From a virus: DNA of 64,000 nt. Shown one piece after another: positions 19,597 through 28,757 of the stretch (position 1 is the stretch's first letter; every line of letters starts with the position of its first letter). The stretch lies in IMG/VR virus record IMGVR_UViG_3300023174_000003, positions 15,792 through 79,791 of that record; one strand, written 5' to 3'. A program made the translations under genes and the position numbers. The notes under the pieces were generated by a model. It saw only the letters and a list, made by a program, of their open reading frames with translations, was not told the DNA's origin and did not search any database.

Positions 19597-19853
19597 CCCT
19601 CCAGCAAACGTTCTAAGGTATTAACCTGTTGCTGCTGGTACACACCCAACCGTTCTTCAATTAGATTGTTATAAGCAATGGCAGCATCAACTAACTCAGC
19701 TGGTTCAGACTGAGAACATACTGAGTCATTAGCAAGAAGTGCAGCAACCAAAATGGTTACCCGCATCTCTTGCTTAGTACCAATCAATGCTGGCAACGGG
19801 GTGCCACCATTGGTAAATGCTTCTAACAGATTGTACAAATGTTGAATGTCCAC
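19593..19853 (-). CDS. hypothetical protein
   Basis: 86-aa ORF preceded by a hairpin at 19876-19918. Confidence 0.6.
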   Translation of the reverse strand: MDIQHLYNLLEAFTNGGTPLPALIGTKQEMRVTILVAALLANDSVCSQSEPAELVDAAIAYNNLIEERLGVYQQQQVNTLERLLEG

Positions 19854-19943
19854 AGTAAGTAAGCAGAAGAAGATGGCCTGAACGTAATATAACTCAAGGT
19901 TATAACAGGGGTTCAGGCTCTATCTCTTCTACTTTAACACCTA

Positions 19944-20306
19944 CTACTTCTCTGCTTTTACCATGTGATACCAATAAGCCCTTGCTGCTGTTAGGTGAAA
20001 ACGTTTGCCACCTAATAACTTATACTTTTTATTTTCTGTTTCCTCTAGCTCATCTTCTTGGTACGGTAGGACTTCATCTTCAGCTAGACGTGAACGATTG
20101 ATCTCATTCATTTCTATCTGTAAACCAAAGTCTTCTGCCGCATGGTAATGACACGACATCTTAATATGTGCATCATCAACACTAGTAGGAGGTTCAATCT
20201 TGTAATAAAAGTTCTCCGTTACATTCGGATGCTTCCACTTCCAGCCGTTTAGATGTGAGTAGTCTTTTTGGTCGGACTGAGTATTCTTGGACAATTTTGA
20301 TTCCAT
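19944..20306 (-). CDS. hypothetical protein
   Basis: Likely start MESKLSK; overlaps the 3' end of the upstream gene. Confidence 0.55.
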   Translation of the reverse strand: MESKLSKNTQSDQKDYSHLNGWKWKHPNVTENFYYKIEPPTSVDDAHIKMSCHYHAAEDFGLQIEMNEINRSRLAEDEVLPYQEDELEETENKKYKLLGGKRFHLTAARAYWYHMVKAEK

Positions 20307-20904
20307 AGGGAATTGCTTGGCCTGCTTGGTAAGAGTTTCGGAGTGCATCAAGGTTAGGTAGTATTTCAGATTTAGTTTTAGGCTCAGTTTTCTCTTCGAG
20401 AACTGATCCATCCATGGATCGTACCACGGTTTGTTTTGTTGTTGTGACCTCTTGAATCAAACAGAATTTTTGCTGTTCCTCTGGGGTCCAATCATCTACG
20501 TTACTATTGATGGTAACTGTGAGAGCTGGTTTTCGTACAAGAACAAACTCATAGTTGCGACCTGTAATTCTGTTTTCTTTAATGACGCCTGATCGACGTA
20601 TCCAATTAAGTAGTCCTTTGAGTCCAGTGAGCTGGGTCTCGTGATGTTTCTTTGCTGTTGACAGCAGCTCTTGTTCTTTTTTGACACGCTCTAAAGCATC
20701 CTCATGGGCAGACATTGCATAATAGATGCGATCAATCTTATCTGATCGCAGGTTAGCAGTTTGTTCTAGCTCTGCTTTACATAAGACTTGTGACTCTGGT
20801 GTAAGCAAAGGTAGGCTACGCTCTAGAACTTGATAGTGTTCATATAGCTTTAGTACATTGAGTTGATCAAGTTTAGTTGCTGTAACTTGAGTTGAGTTAG
20901 TCAT
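20194..20904 (-). CDS. siphovirus Gp157-like coiled-coil protein
   Basis: DKIDRIYY..coiled coil..ITGRNYEFVL..PNLDALR..GQAIPYGIKI pattern. Confidence 0.55.
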   Translation of the reverse strand: MTNSTQVTATKLDQLNVLKLYEHYQVLERSLPLLTPESQVLCKAELEQTANLRSDKIDRIYYAMSAHEDALERVKKEQELLSTAKKHHETQLTGLKGLLNWIRRSGVIKENRITGRNYEFVLVRKPALTVTINSNVDDWTPEEQQKFCLIQEVTTTKQTVVRSMDGSVLEEKTEPKTKSEILPNLDALRNSYQAGQAIPYGIKIVQEYSVRPKRLLTSKRLEVEASECNGELLLQD

Positions 20905-20910
20905 TGTTGT

Positions 20911-21024
20911 TTAAGCAAACTGTGATTTGATTTTGTTTAAAGCCCAAGTAATAGCAATAGCACTTACCATAAGTAATAGGTCTTTGCAAACAGAACAAAC
21001 AATAGGAAACAAGAAGTCAAACAT
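20911..21024 (-). CDS. 37-aa hydrophobic peptide
   Basis: MFDFLFPIVCSVCKDLLLMVSAIAITWALNKIKSQFA*, directly downstream of a pseudoknot leader. Confidence 0.55.
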   Translation of the reverse strand: MFDFLFPIVCSVCKDLLLMVSAIAITWALNKIKSQFA

Positions 21025-21045
21025 TGGAGTAAGTAATGAGTGGAT

Positions 21046-21071
21046 AACAGTTTAACGTCTTGTTTAGGACG
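21046..21071 (-). ncRNA. leader pseudoknot family A, copy 1
   Basis: CGTC-CTAAACAA-GACG-TTAAAC-TGTT. Confidence 0.65.
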
Positions 21072-21081
21072 ATAAATACTT

Positions 21082-22017
21082 TTAAGTTGTTTTGTAAGAA
21101 AGTTGAGGAAGACTGGTGCCAGGGAATGGAACAAACCCTGCATTTAGCATAGCGTCAAACAGATCCCATGCATCATCTGCAGTGTAGTGTTCCTGTGGTT
21201 TGTACGTACGCCAGTGCGACATAGGTGCCATAGATCCCGACTTGGTATACAAGACAAGGAACCGACCCTTTGACTTATGGTCTTCTGGTGGAGCATACCA
21301 CCAAGCTGCAGCGTTATCAGGAGCAGACCCTCTGTACTGATCACGTACCTCAGAGCGTTTAACCAATAGCTCACGATACTTCTTGAACCAAGTTAAATGA
21401 ATGCACCACGGCTTATAGTCTTGGATCTCTTGCTGGAACTCAGACAGGTCTGTTAGCTGCCGCTGGAATGAACCACAAGAACAATAAGGTTCTTTGACTT
21501 TTTGTTGTGCAGTAACTTCTTCTAGATCAGAGTCCATATCTACTTCCTCATCAGGATCATAGAATCCTTCTGGTGCAATCAAGTGGCCAAGATCTGTATG
21601 CTCACTTTGCAACATAGCCTTAAGCTTGTCTTTACTCTTAAGGTAAATGAACTTATCAATCCATTCTCTTTGGAGTAACGCTTGACCAGTCTTGTGACTT
21701 AGCTGGTGTTGATAATGCCAACCTTTTAGCATTACGTAAGAGTTGTTATGCCAGATACCAGGACCTCTATAGTTAGGACCAAGGTATGCAAAGAAGTTTT
21801 TAAGACGACCAGTAAATTGTTGGTGTGCATTAATTACACTTTGCTTAGGCACTAATAGCTCAGTGCCATCTTGATGTACTACAACAATATTGTTATCACG
21901 TAGATAGATCCCACTTACAGTGGTCTCATCAAACTCTGGTAGTGCACGTCTAATATTGCTAATAGAATAGATTTGTTTTTGTGCAGAATTGAATTGGTCT
22001 TGAATTAGATTGTTCAT
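21082..22017 (-). CDS. SWIM-type Zn-finger protein
   Basis: YCSCGSF...PWCIH (CxC..CxH). Confidence 0.65.
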   Translation of the reverse strand: MNNLIQDQFNSAQKQIYSISNIRRALPEFDETTVSGIYLRDNNIVVVHQDGTELLVPKQSVINAHQQFTGRLKNFFAYLGPNYRGPGIWHNNSYVMLKGWHYQHQLSHKTGQALLQREWIDKFIYLKSKDKLKAMLQSEHTDLGHLIAPEGFYDPDEEVDMDSDLEEVTAQQKVKEPYCSCGSFQRQLTDLSEFQQEIQDYKPWCIHLTWFKKYRELLVKRSEVRDQYRGSAPDNAAAWWYAPPEDHKSKGRFLVLYTKSGSMAPMSHWRTYKPQEHYTADDAWDLFDAMLNAGFVPFPGTSLPQLSYKTT

Positions 22018-22038
22018 TGGTTAAAATTGAGTTGATGA

Positions 22039-22236
22039 TTAGATGAACAGGTCGTCCTGCTCTGCCGGAATCTTAGCAGAGCTAGGGGCAGAGTCGTAGG
22101 CCCTCTTACCAATTCTTAATAAACCATAGGCAAGCATCCCCCACGTAACAGGGTTAGCAAGTGATGCTGCAAGGAGTGTTCCCCCTACGGCATAGGGTGC
22201 CGTGTGTTTGATAGCAGCTTTTAGTTTTGTGTTCAT
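22039..22236 (-). CDS. small membrane-associated hypothetical protein
   Basis: Hydrophobic core. Confidence 0.5.
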   Translation of the reverse strand: MNTKLKAAIKHTAPYAVGGTLLAASLANPVTWGMLAYGLLRIGKRAYDSAPSSAKIPAEQDDLFI

Positions 22237-22268
22237 GGTGGTAGCATTGAGCAAAGTTGTTCAGGCTT

Positions 22269-22529
22269 ATGGAAATCAAAGTCATGCCCTTAAGTAAATT
22301 AGAACTTGACCCAGGGTTAGGTGATTTGTTCTGGAAAGAAAAAGTACAACGAGAGATTAACGAGAATACCTCAGTCAATGAACTAAGACAGTACGCATCT
22401 CTGTTGTTGTCTCTTGCAGTACAACGTCAAGGAATAATAAAAGGACTTGCAAAAGAATTGCTCACTATCAAACATCTATTGATAGATGATAGTGAGCTTG
22501 CCAATCCTGAGATTACACCAGAGGGTTAG
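22269..22529 (+). CDS. NblA-like (phycobilisome degradation) protein, tentative
   Basis: Two-helix pattern LGDLFWKEKVQREI..SVNELRQYASLLLSLAVQRQGIIKGL; lone plus-strand gene in the minus arm. Confidence 0.4.
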   Translation: MEIKVMPLSKLELDPGLGDLFWKEKVQREINENTSVNELRQYASLLLSLAVQRQGIIKGLAKELLTIKHLLIDDSELANPEITPEG

Positions 22530-23020
22530 ATGAGTGAATCATCTATTTTTAAATACTTATTACGATATAAAGAATTATGTATTTTTAAATATTTAGTTAC
22601 GGTATAAGTACAACAACCCATTTCAGCTGCAACATTAACACGAGATAAACCTTGAGATTTAAGTCTTAAAATTTTTTCTTGTTGTTCATTGGTTAATTTC
22701 CAAGGATGTTGACCAAGTTTTGCACGATTGCGGTCATGCATATCTTTAATATTATCTGTTTGAGTTCCAGGCAATAAATGCAATGGGTTGCAACAAGATC
22801 TATTATCACAAGTATGCCGAATAATAATCTTTGGAGTTAATGCAATATTATAATGATGCTCATAACTCCAGCGATGTGCAAGCATTGCTTTTTGGTTGCG
22901 TTTTGGATAACCATACCCATCTTTATGCCAGCGTTTACCTATGTACGGCCAACAAGAATTAAGACCCCCGAAGGGGTCAATCATTGCTAGCAAACTAATA
23001 GAGTTGTTTGCTATTGTCAT
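22526..23020 (-). CDS. free-standing HNH homing endonuclease with C-terminal HTH
   Basis: CWPY..GYG..AHRWSY..RHTCDNRSCCNPLHL..GTQTDNIKDM. Confidence 0.9.
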   Translation of the reverse strand: MTIANNSISLLAMIDPFGGLNSCWPYIGKRWHKDGYGYPKRNQKAMLAHRWSYEHHYNIALTPKIIIRHTCDNRSCCNPLHLLPGTQTDNIKDMHDRNRAKLGQHPWKLTNEQQEKILRLKSQGLSRVNVAAEMGCCTYTVTKYLKIHNSLYRNKYLKIDDSLI

Positions 23021-24090
23021 TAGATTAATCCATCATCCTCTCCAGTAACGGGATCCCTGGCACTAGGCAAAGCAGTTACATCAACTTCTTTGGTGTTACG
23101 TAGTTCAGGTAGTATCTCTACTCCCTCTCGTATTCCATAGGCACCACCAAGCTTTGCAGCATCCTGCTTAGCATGTTGATTGATATAGTCCTGGAACATT
23201 ACCTGGTACTTCCAAGTTGATTCCCGATCTTCATCAGGAATACTCATTGCATTTAATGATTCAACGGCGGCTTCTTGTGTGCTGTAATCAGGGATATCAA
23301 ACCCTTCAATAGCACATATCTCAACGTTATTAGCGCCGCGCATGTCATTAACAAGCTGAGGTGCAAATACTGTTGTTGCATAAAACTTCTCGTTAAACAT
23401 CAGTGGAATCTCAGAGTCAAGTGCCTTGCTCAAACACTTAGACATCTCCTTCTCATACAACTTAATCTTCTCGGCTGCATCAGTACCATTAAGTCCTTTT
23501 AAGGTAAGGACCATAGGTAGCTTATGTGCCCGTTGATTTTCTGTAGTAAGGATAAAGATTAAGTATTTGGTACGTACACTGTACTTACGTTTGTACATCT
23601 CGCCTTTACTGTTAGCAAGATCAGCAGCAACCTTGTCATTATCCCAGAGGGATTTGACTTGATCGTTGTCAAACGTACCAATTGTTTGCCTCATCCCTGT
23701 GGTTTCCTCAACCATGAGGGGAGAACGTAGAAGGACTTGAACTCTAGGCTGAGTGAAATTGAGTCCTTCTTCAATTGAAGTATTGGGAGCCATACCGAAA
23801 GTCTGCTTGTAGTTCCAGATAACAGAACCCTTAGCAAATTGATCTTCAGTTGCGCTCCATCCGCAAGTATCCAGGTCTGATATCCGCACGAACCAACCTC
23901 TTGTCTTAGATTTGTTGAGGGGTTGGATTGTGACGAAGTTCTGGTATCCTGAAACAAATTCTTTAGATTGAAATAACGCAAAAGATTCCAAGCCACGTGT
24001 TGCAATAGCAGAAGTTTTTTTCATAGCCATGGTCGAGGTTAGTTTCGTAGTAGGTGAGTTGGTCGTGGTGTCAAACAAAGTGCTAGTCAT
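23020..24090 (-). CDS. conserved cyanobacterial/phage protein (DUF5895-like), possibly ssDNA annealing
   Basis: Located next to SSB; PRVQVL.RSPL, YLIFIL..AHKLPMVLTLKG, FAPQL; start inferred from leader spacing. Confidence 0.55.
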   Translation of the reverse strand: MTSTLFDTTTNSPTTKLTSTMAMKKTSAIATRGLESFALFQSKEFVSGYQNFVTIQPLNKSKTRGWFVRISDLDTCGWSATEDQFAKGSVIWNYKQTFGMAPNTSIEEGLNFTQPRVQVLLRSPLMVEETTGMRQTIGTFDNDQVKSLWDNDKVAADLANSKGEMYKRKYSVRTKYLIFILTTENQRAHKLPMVLTLKGLNGTDAAEKIKLYEKEMSKCLSKALDSEIPLMFNEKFYATTVFAPQLVNDMRGANNVEICAIEGFDIPDYSTQEAAVESLNAMSIPDEDRESTWKYQVMFQDYINQHAKQDAAKLGGAYGIREGVEILPELRNTKEVDVTALPSARDPVTGEDDGLI

Positions 24091-24110
24091 TTGAGTAGCG
24101 AGGTTGGACA

Positions 24111-24139
24111 CAGGCAGTTTAGCGTCATGCCTGAGGACG
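24111..24139 (-). ncRNA. leader pseudoknot family A, copy 2
   Basis: CGTC-CTCAGGCAT-GACG-CTAAAC-TGCCTG. Confidence 0.65.
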
Positions 24140-24158
24140 GGCCAGCTATCTTAACAAT

Positions 24159-24959
24159 TCAGAAAGGTGCGTTGGCATCGTTGGAGTCAAAGCGCCCAGG
24201 TAGATCAGGCAAGTTGTTACCTACGTTCTGTCCCCAGGGCTCAGCAATTTCATCAGCAGTCTTACCACCCCATAGGCTTTGAGGTGCATCAGATGAGGTT
24301 GTGGTCTGTGCTTTGATACCACCAGAAGACTCTTGGACCTTGGGTGCTAGTGTCATTGATACCAACTGGATCTTGGTATTAGATTTACGTTCTTTAGTTT
24401 CTTTATCTAACCAAGAATCAGTAATCAATCTTCCCTGGATCGTAAGCCCAGTTCCTTTCCTTGTCATGTTTGCTAGTAGTTCAGCTTGATTAAATCTGTC
24501 AGTAGCTGAGTTAATAGCATAGAAGTTAAACAGGTCAGCTTGACCTTTACCAGTGCTAACAGATAGTGATTGATTAACAATCATTAAACCTTCTGCAGTT
24601 GTTCTGAATGAACGTTCATCTTCTTGGTTAATATCTTTTACACAGCGACCACTAAGGATAACTGTATTTAAGATAGGGAATGATTCATTAACAATAGCTA
24701 TTACGCCACCATGTAATGAGAATGTGCGTGACTCTAAATCATGACGTAGCTTTGCACCATGGATATAGATGTGTGATCCCTTAGGAGTCTTTAGAAAACG
24801 CTCTGAACTTTTACCGTAGACATTTAGTTCAATAGCCGTTGCCGACTTATTGCCTACTGGAGGTAGTAGTACAGGACAACGTACGGCTGTATTAGTAGCC
24901 GATATGTAAACCTCAGTTGGTTCTTGAGTTGTTTGTGCGCAAAGACTTGCAAAGTTCAT
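24159..24959 (-). CDS. ssb: single-stranded DNA-binding protein with tandem OB folds
   Basis: LNTVILSGR, RKGTGLTIQGRL.TDSWLDKET.ERKS; acidic tail ending NAPF; N-terminal half repeats the OB pattern. Confidence 0.8.
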   Translation of the reverse strand: MNFASLCAQTTQEPTEVYISATNTAVRCPVLLPPVGNKSATAIELNVYGKSSERFLKTPKGSHIYIHGAKLRHDLESRTFSLHGGVIAIVNESFPILNTVILSGRCVKDINQEDERSFRTTAEGLMIVNQSLSVSTGKGQADLFNFYAINSATDRFNQAELLANMTRKGTGLTIQGRLITDSWLDKETKERKSNTKIQLVSMTLAPKVQESSGGIKAQTTTSSDAPQSLWGGKTADEIAEPWGQNVGNNLPDLPGRFDSNDANAPF

Positions 24960-24980
24960 GGAATTAAAAAGAAAAGTGGA

Positions 24981-25007
24981 AGACAGTTTAACGTCATGCC
25001 TAGGACG
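24981..25007 (-). ncRNA. leader pseudoknot family A, copy 3
   Basis: CGTC-CTAGGCAT-GACG-TTAAAC-TGTCT. Confidence 0.65.
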
Positions 25008-25012
25008 GATCC

Positions 25013-26875
25013 TTAGTGGCAATCCAGCCAAGTATAACCTACCTTTGCATCCCCTTCTATAAGGCAACGAAAGTTAAAGGTTTGCTGCGCCTGGGGGAAA
25101 GCAGCCAGTGCTTGCTCCTTAACTTTTTCTACATGTTCAGGTAGACAAGCAAGCTGGACCTCGTCATGAACCATGGCAAGCTGCATCCAATCCTTGTCAT
25201 AGAACAAGTCAATGTTATTTAAATTGTTATGGATATTGACAACAACTTGTTTCATAAGTATTGCGCCAGCTGATTGCAATAGTACATTCAATCCTTTAAA
25301 TGCAGAACGACAATAGAGTTGCCGACGATCAAGGCCAATAAGATATCCCCTGGTATCAATGTTATCTTGTATCTGTTGTTTAAGTAACTTAAGTGCAGGC
25401 ACACCATTCATGAATGAATTTATTGCAGTACTTCCTATGTCCTTAAGAACTGTTGCATCTTTTTCATTCGGATCAATAATGGTACCAGCCTTGACACCAC
25501 CACATCCATACAACAATCCATAGAGTAAACGCTTAGATATATCCCTGGTACTTACACCAAATTGTTCTTGGTTATAAGTATGGATATCAACGTCTGGGTT
25601 AATGACCATATTACCGTACTCACCATTATCCCAACAAGCCAAGTAACCAGCAAGACATCTAAGCTCCAATGCTTTTGCATCAACACCAATAAGTACATAA
25701 CCTTTTGGTGCATGGAATAAGTCACGGCATTCTTTACCGTAAGGACTATATGCCCCTGGCACCTGAGCCATGTTAGGTTCTTTATGACTACATCTTCCAG
25801 TGACACATCCATTTGTATTCATGCTGCCATGCATCTTGTTATCTTCTTTGCTTACAAGTTTTAACCAAGCATTTTGACCATCAGCTATTTGCCCTAGCCT
25901 TTTCTTAATCAACTGGTACTCAGCTAATAGCTTAGCTTCTGGAAATGGTAAGGCTTCTAGTACATCATCATCAAGTGATGCATTGCCTTTGTCTGTTGTT
26001 TTATCAGGCTGCCAACCATACTTAGTATGTAACCGTTCGACTACCTGCTTGCGTGAACCAGGATTAAATTTGTTTTCTATTTGTTTAGTAAATGGTACAC
26101 CTGCAACATACCCACGGCCTTTATTGTTTACTTTCGGAATGAATACAGACTCTTCCGTAATAGGCGGAAAAGCTTTTTGTAATGCCTCCTCAAGTTCTTC
26201 TTGTCTTTGCCTAAGCGTATCCACCAGATCAAGAGCTTTGTCCACATCAAATGGAAAGCCAGTAATAATCTGGTCGTTAATTGCTTCAGCAAATTCATGT
26301 TCAAGTTTAAGAGACGACTCAGGGTAGTTCTTAGATTGAATGAAGTTAAACAACTTGTAAGTAACACTTACATCTTGTCTACAGTATTCTGCCATCTCCT
26401 CTGAGTATGCAGAGAAATCTTTGAATTCAATCTTGTTATCAGATAGTCTATAACCCCAAGCTTTAAGTGATGCAGATCCTCTAAGCTTTATTGGTACCTC
26501 AGGATACACACTAAGATCAAGATCATACAAGACTTCGCGTGGCCAGATAAGCCTGGTGCATACCAAGGTATCAATAAGTCGAGCCGCTCTAAAGGTATAG
26601 AATGGATAAAGTTTTCTTATGACTGGGATGTCATAGAAGATTAAGTTATGTCCAATTAAAACATTAGCCTTAGCCATGTGCTGCAGGCCGTCAGCAATAG
26701 CATCAGGCCCGTAAGTAAAAGTTTGTTTTCTCTGGACATCATATATAACAATGCAGAAGATTTCCTCTACTTTATCATAGAGCCCATTGGTTTCAATATC
26801 TATGACATAAATCTTTTCATTTGCGGTAAAGTTGTTCATCTTGAATTGATAGGCCATGCTTTGACAATTGTTCAT
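25013..26875 (-). CDS. polA: family A DNA polymerase (T7/cyanopodovirus-like) with 3'-5' exonuclease; start possibly 26839
   Basis: DIETNG, GHNLIFYD, YCRQDV, TGRCSH..PNMAQVP, DAKALELR (motif A), RDISKRLLYGLLYG (motif B), VHDE (motif C). Confidence 0.95.
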   Translation of the reverse strand: MNNCQSMAYQFKMNNFTANEKIYVIDIETNGLYDKVEEIFCIVIYDVQRKQTFTYGPDAIADGLQHMAKANVLIGHNLIFYDIPVIRKLYPFYTFRAARLIDTLVCTRLIWPREVLYDLDLSVYPEVPIKLRGSASLKAWGYRLSDNKIEFKDFSAYSEEMAEYCRQDVSVTYKLFNFIQSKNYPESSLKLEHEFAEAINDQIITGFPFDVDKALDLVDTLRQRQEELEEALQKAFPPITEESVFIPKVNNKGRGYVAGVPFTKQIENKFNPGSRKQVVERLHTKYGWQPDKTTDKGNASLDDDVLEALPFPEAKLLAEYQLIKKRLGQIADGQNAWLKLVSKEDNKMHGSMNTNGCVTGRCSHKEPNMAQVPGAYSPYGKECRDLFHAPKGYVLIGVDAKALELRCLAGYLACWDNGEYGNMVINPDVDIHTYNQEQFGVSTRDISKRLLYGLLYGCGGVKAGTIIDPNEKDATVLKDIGSTAINSFMNGVPALKLLKQQIQDNIDTRGYLIGLDRRQLYCRSAFKGLNVLLQSAGAILMKQVVVNIHNNLNNIDLFYDKDWMQLAMVHDEVQLACLPEHVEKVKEQALAAFPQAQQTFNFRCLIEGDAKVGYTWLDCH

Positions 26876-27050
26876 CGTTTTCTTGAATCCATTTAAGTAT
26901 ACTGATGATCCCTGTTTTTTGAGGATGAGATAACACCTTACTTAAATCTGTTTCACTTAGTACAGGAATCAGATGGAACTTGTTGTTCTCTTGGTCTGCT
27001 TGGATGGCATGGGGTGTACCATTCAAGATGCAGCTAATGACATAAGCCAT
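26817..27050 (-). CDS. hypothetical protein
   Basis: 77-aa ORF preceded by a long GC hairpin near 27086-27113. Confidence 0.55.
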   Translation of the reverse strand: MAYVISCILNGTPHAIQADQENNKFHLIPVLSETDLSKVLSHPQKTGIISILKWIQENDEQLSKHGLSIQDEQLYRK

Positions 27051-27143
27051 GGAGGTTAAGACTAATAATCAAGGTGTTTTCCTGGTACTCCCCCAGGGGT
27101 CTGGGGGAAGCACAAGAACATCTAAATGATAACCAGTTTTATT

Positions 27144-27926
27144 TTATTTGCAACCAACTAGTTCCTTTACCTTCTTAACGGTATTATAACCAACAAACTT
27201 ACCTTGCTTCTTGCGTAGCTGTATCGCTTTGCTTGCATTAGAGCCAGCCCTCTGGGACCCATGGACCAATAGTGCAAAGGGCTTAGTGCCAAGGCAATGG
27301 CTATCATCATGGTCTATCTCTAGGCCTTGGGCCGCTGCCTCTTCCTCTGTGTACACAACGTATGCCCTACGGGTAAAGATATGTTCACGCCCTGGAATCA
27401 AGCTGTCAAGTTGACCGCCTATTGATGCAGTCAAGAAGAAGTTACTTGGTATGTTCTCAGCTTGGTTCAACCACATGTTAAGTGATTTAGTAAATGCATA
27501 GAAGGTTTTATTAAGACGTTGCCTTGCTACCTCCATCCATGCCATAAGATATTGCTCTGTCCAGAAGTCACCTGACTCATGGACTCTTACAAGATCCTCA
27601 TCATATGGATCAATAGAAGCCAAGATAAGTGCAGCCATATTATCTACGGCATGCTTTGAATCAGTATAGGCTGCATCACGTAATAGATCCCAGTTATACC
27701 AACGGGCATCACGTACGTTAGGCCTAGTCTCTGCCATAGCAGCAAAGCATCTGTACTCTGCAACGTCTTCAATTAGTGCAGCAAGACTATCATTGATCTT
27801 ACCTGTGTGCCGGTCAGCAAATGTTCTGCATACACCAGCGCCAGGACATGCATAGCCAGCAGGTAAACTAAAGATTAGTCTTTTGCTGAGCTTAGCATTA
27901 CCACGGGAAAACTTGAGAAGGTTCAT
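27144..27926 (-). CDS. phage Gp88-like protein
   Basis: GNAKL..FSLPAGYACPG..C..CFAA..RVHESGDF..FYAFTK. Confidence 0.75.
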   Translation of the reverse strand: MNLLKFSRGNAKLSKRLIFSLPAGYACPGAGVCRTFADRHTGKINDSLAALIEDVAEYRCFAAMAETRPNVRDARWYNWDLLRDAAYTDSKHAVDNMAALILASIDPYDEDLVRVHESGDFWTEQYLMAWMEVARQRLNKTFYAFTKSLNMWLNQAENIPSNFFLTASIGGQLDSLIPGREHIFTRRAYVVYTEEEAAAQGLEIDHDDSHCLGTKPFALLVHGSQRAGSNASKAIQLRKKQGKFVGYNTVKKVKELVGCK

Positions 27927-27950
27927 TGTTCAGTTGAATGTGAGTTGGAT

Positions 27951-27976
27951 AGCAGTTTAACGTCATGCTTAGGACG
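27951..27976 (-). ncRNA. leader pseudoknot family A, copy 4
   Basis: CGTC-CTAAGCAT-GACG-TTAAAC-TGCT. Confidence 0.65.
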
Positions 27977-27995
27977 CGGTAAAACCTACATTGGC

Positions 27996-28190
27996 CTATG
28001 CTAAGAGTTCCATTAGGAATAACAGACGTTTGTTGCAGGCTTCTGATAGCTTGATCTGTTCCTCGGTCATAGGAGTCTGTTGATTGTACAGTGATTCACC
28101 TATGTCACCCATAAGCTTTACATTAGTTAACTTCTTGCGCAGCCTTGCTTTTTCGGCTTGGCTTAGTCGCTGGTACAGAGGCAGCATCAT
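27996..28190 (-). CDS. hypothetical protein
   Basis: 64-aa ORF. Confidence 0.5.
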   Translation of the reverse strand: MMLPLYQRLSQAEKARLRKKLTNVKLMGDIGESLYNQQTPMTEEQIKLSEACNKRLLFLMELLA

Positions 28191-28410
28191 GTGAGTTCAG
28201 TTGATTGGTGAGTTGTTTAATACCAGTTACAAAATAAGCATAGTCCCTAGTTTCTGTAATGATTGTAAGTTTGTCACATACATTACATATACCAGTCCAG
28301 CATGATGAACATCCTACAGAATACACACCATACTTATCGCCACAATCACTGCATGTTACATAGGCATCTTTTAGTTTTTTAATGAGTTGTTTGATTTGTT
28401 TCTTGGTCAT
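28123..28410 (-). CDS. Zn-finger hypothetical protein
   Basis: CSDCG..CNVC..TETRDY. Confidence 0.6.
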   Translation of the reverse strand: MTKKQIKQLIKKLKDAYVTCSDCGDKYGVYSVGCSSCWTGICNVCDKLTIITETRDYAYFVTGIKQLTNQLNSHDAASVPATKPSRKSKAAQEVN

Positions 28411-28757
28411 GTCACATGCCTCCATGCTTTACGTAGAATGATTCGGTTAATAGTAGCAGAAGATAACCCATATTTTTCTGCAATTGTTTTTTGCATTATT
28501 CCTGTACGTGCCAAGGTACGGATGTCACGTACGTTATTCTCAGTAAGAATTGCATTTTGATTTGCAGATCCTACATTCTTTATGGCACCCTTGGACCCAA
28601 GCTTAGGACCAGGCTTGTTGATTGCATAGGTACAAATGGTTTTAAACCTGGTACCACAATCCAAACATCTACGATACTGCCACATCTGATCAATGTGATC
28701 TTGATGTTGAGTGCAGGTAACCCTTGTGTTTTTGCTACGGCAGTTACGACACTTCAC
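28407..28757 (-). CDS. NrdR-like Zn ribbon + HTH DNA-binding protein
   Basis: MKCRNC..TRV..RRCLDCGTRFKT; LTENNVRDIR..IAEKYGLS..W. Confidence 0.65.
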   Translation of the reverse strand: MKCRNCRSKNTRVTCTQHQDHIDQMWQYRRCLDCGTRFKTICTYAINKPGPKLGSKGAIKNVGSANQNAILTENNVRDIRTLARTGIMQKTIAEKYGLSSATINRIILRKAWRHVT

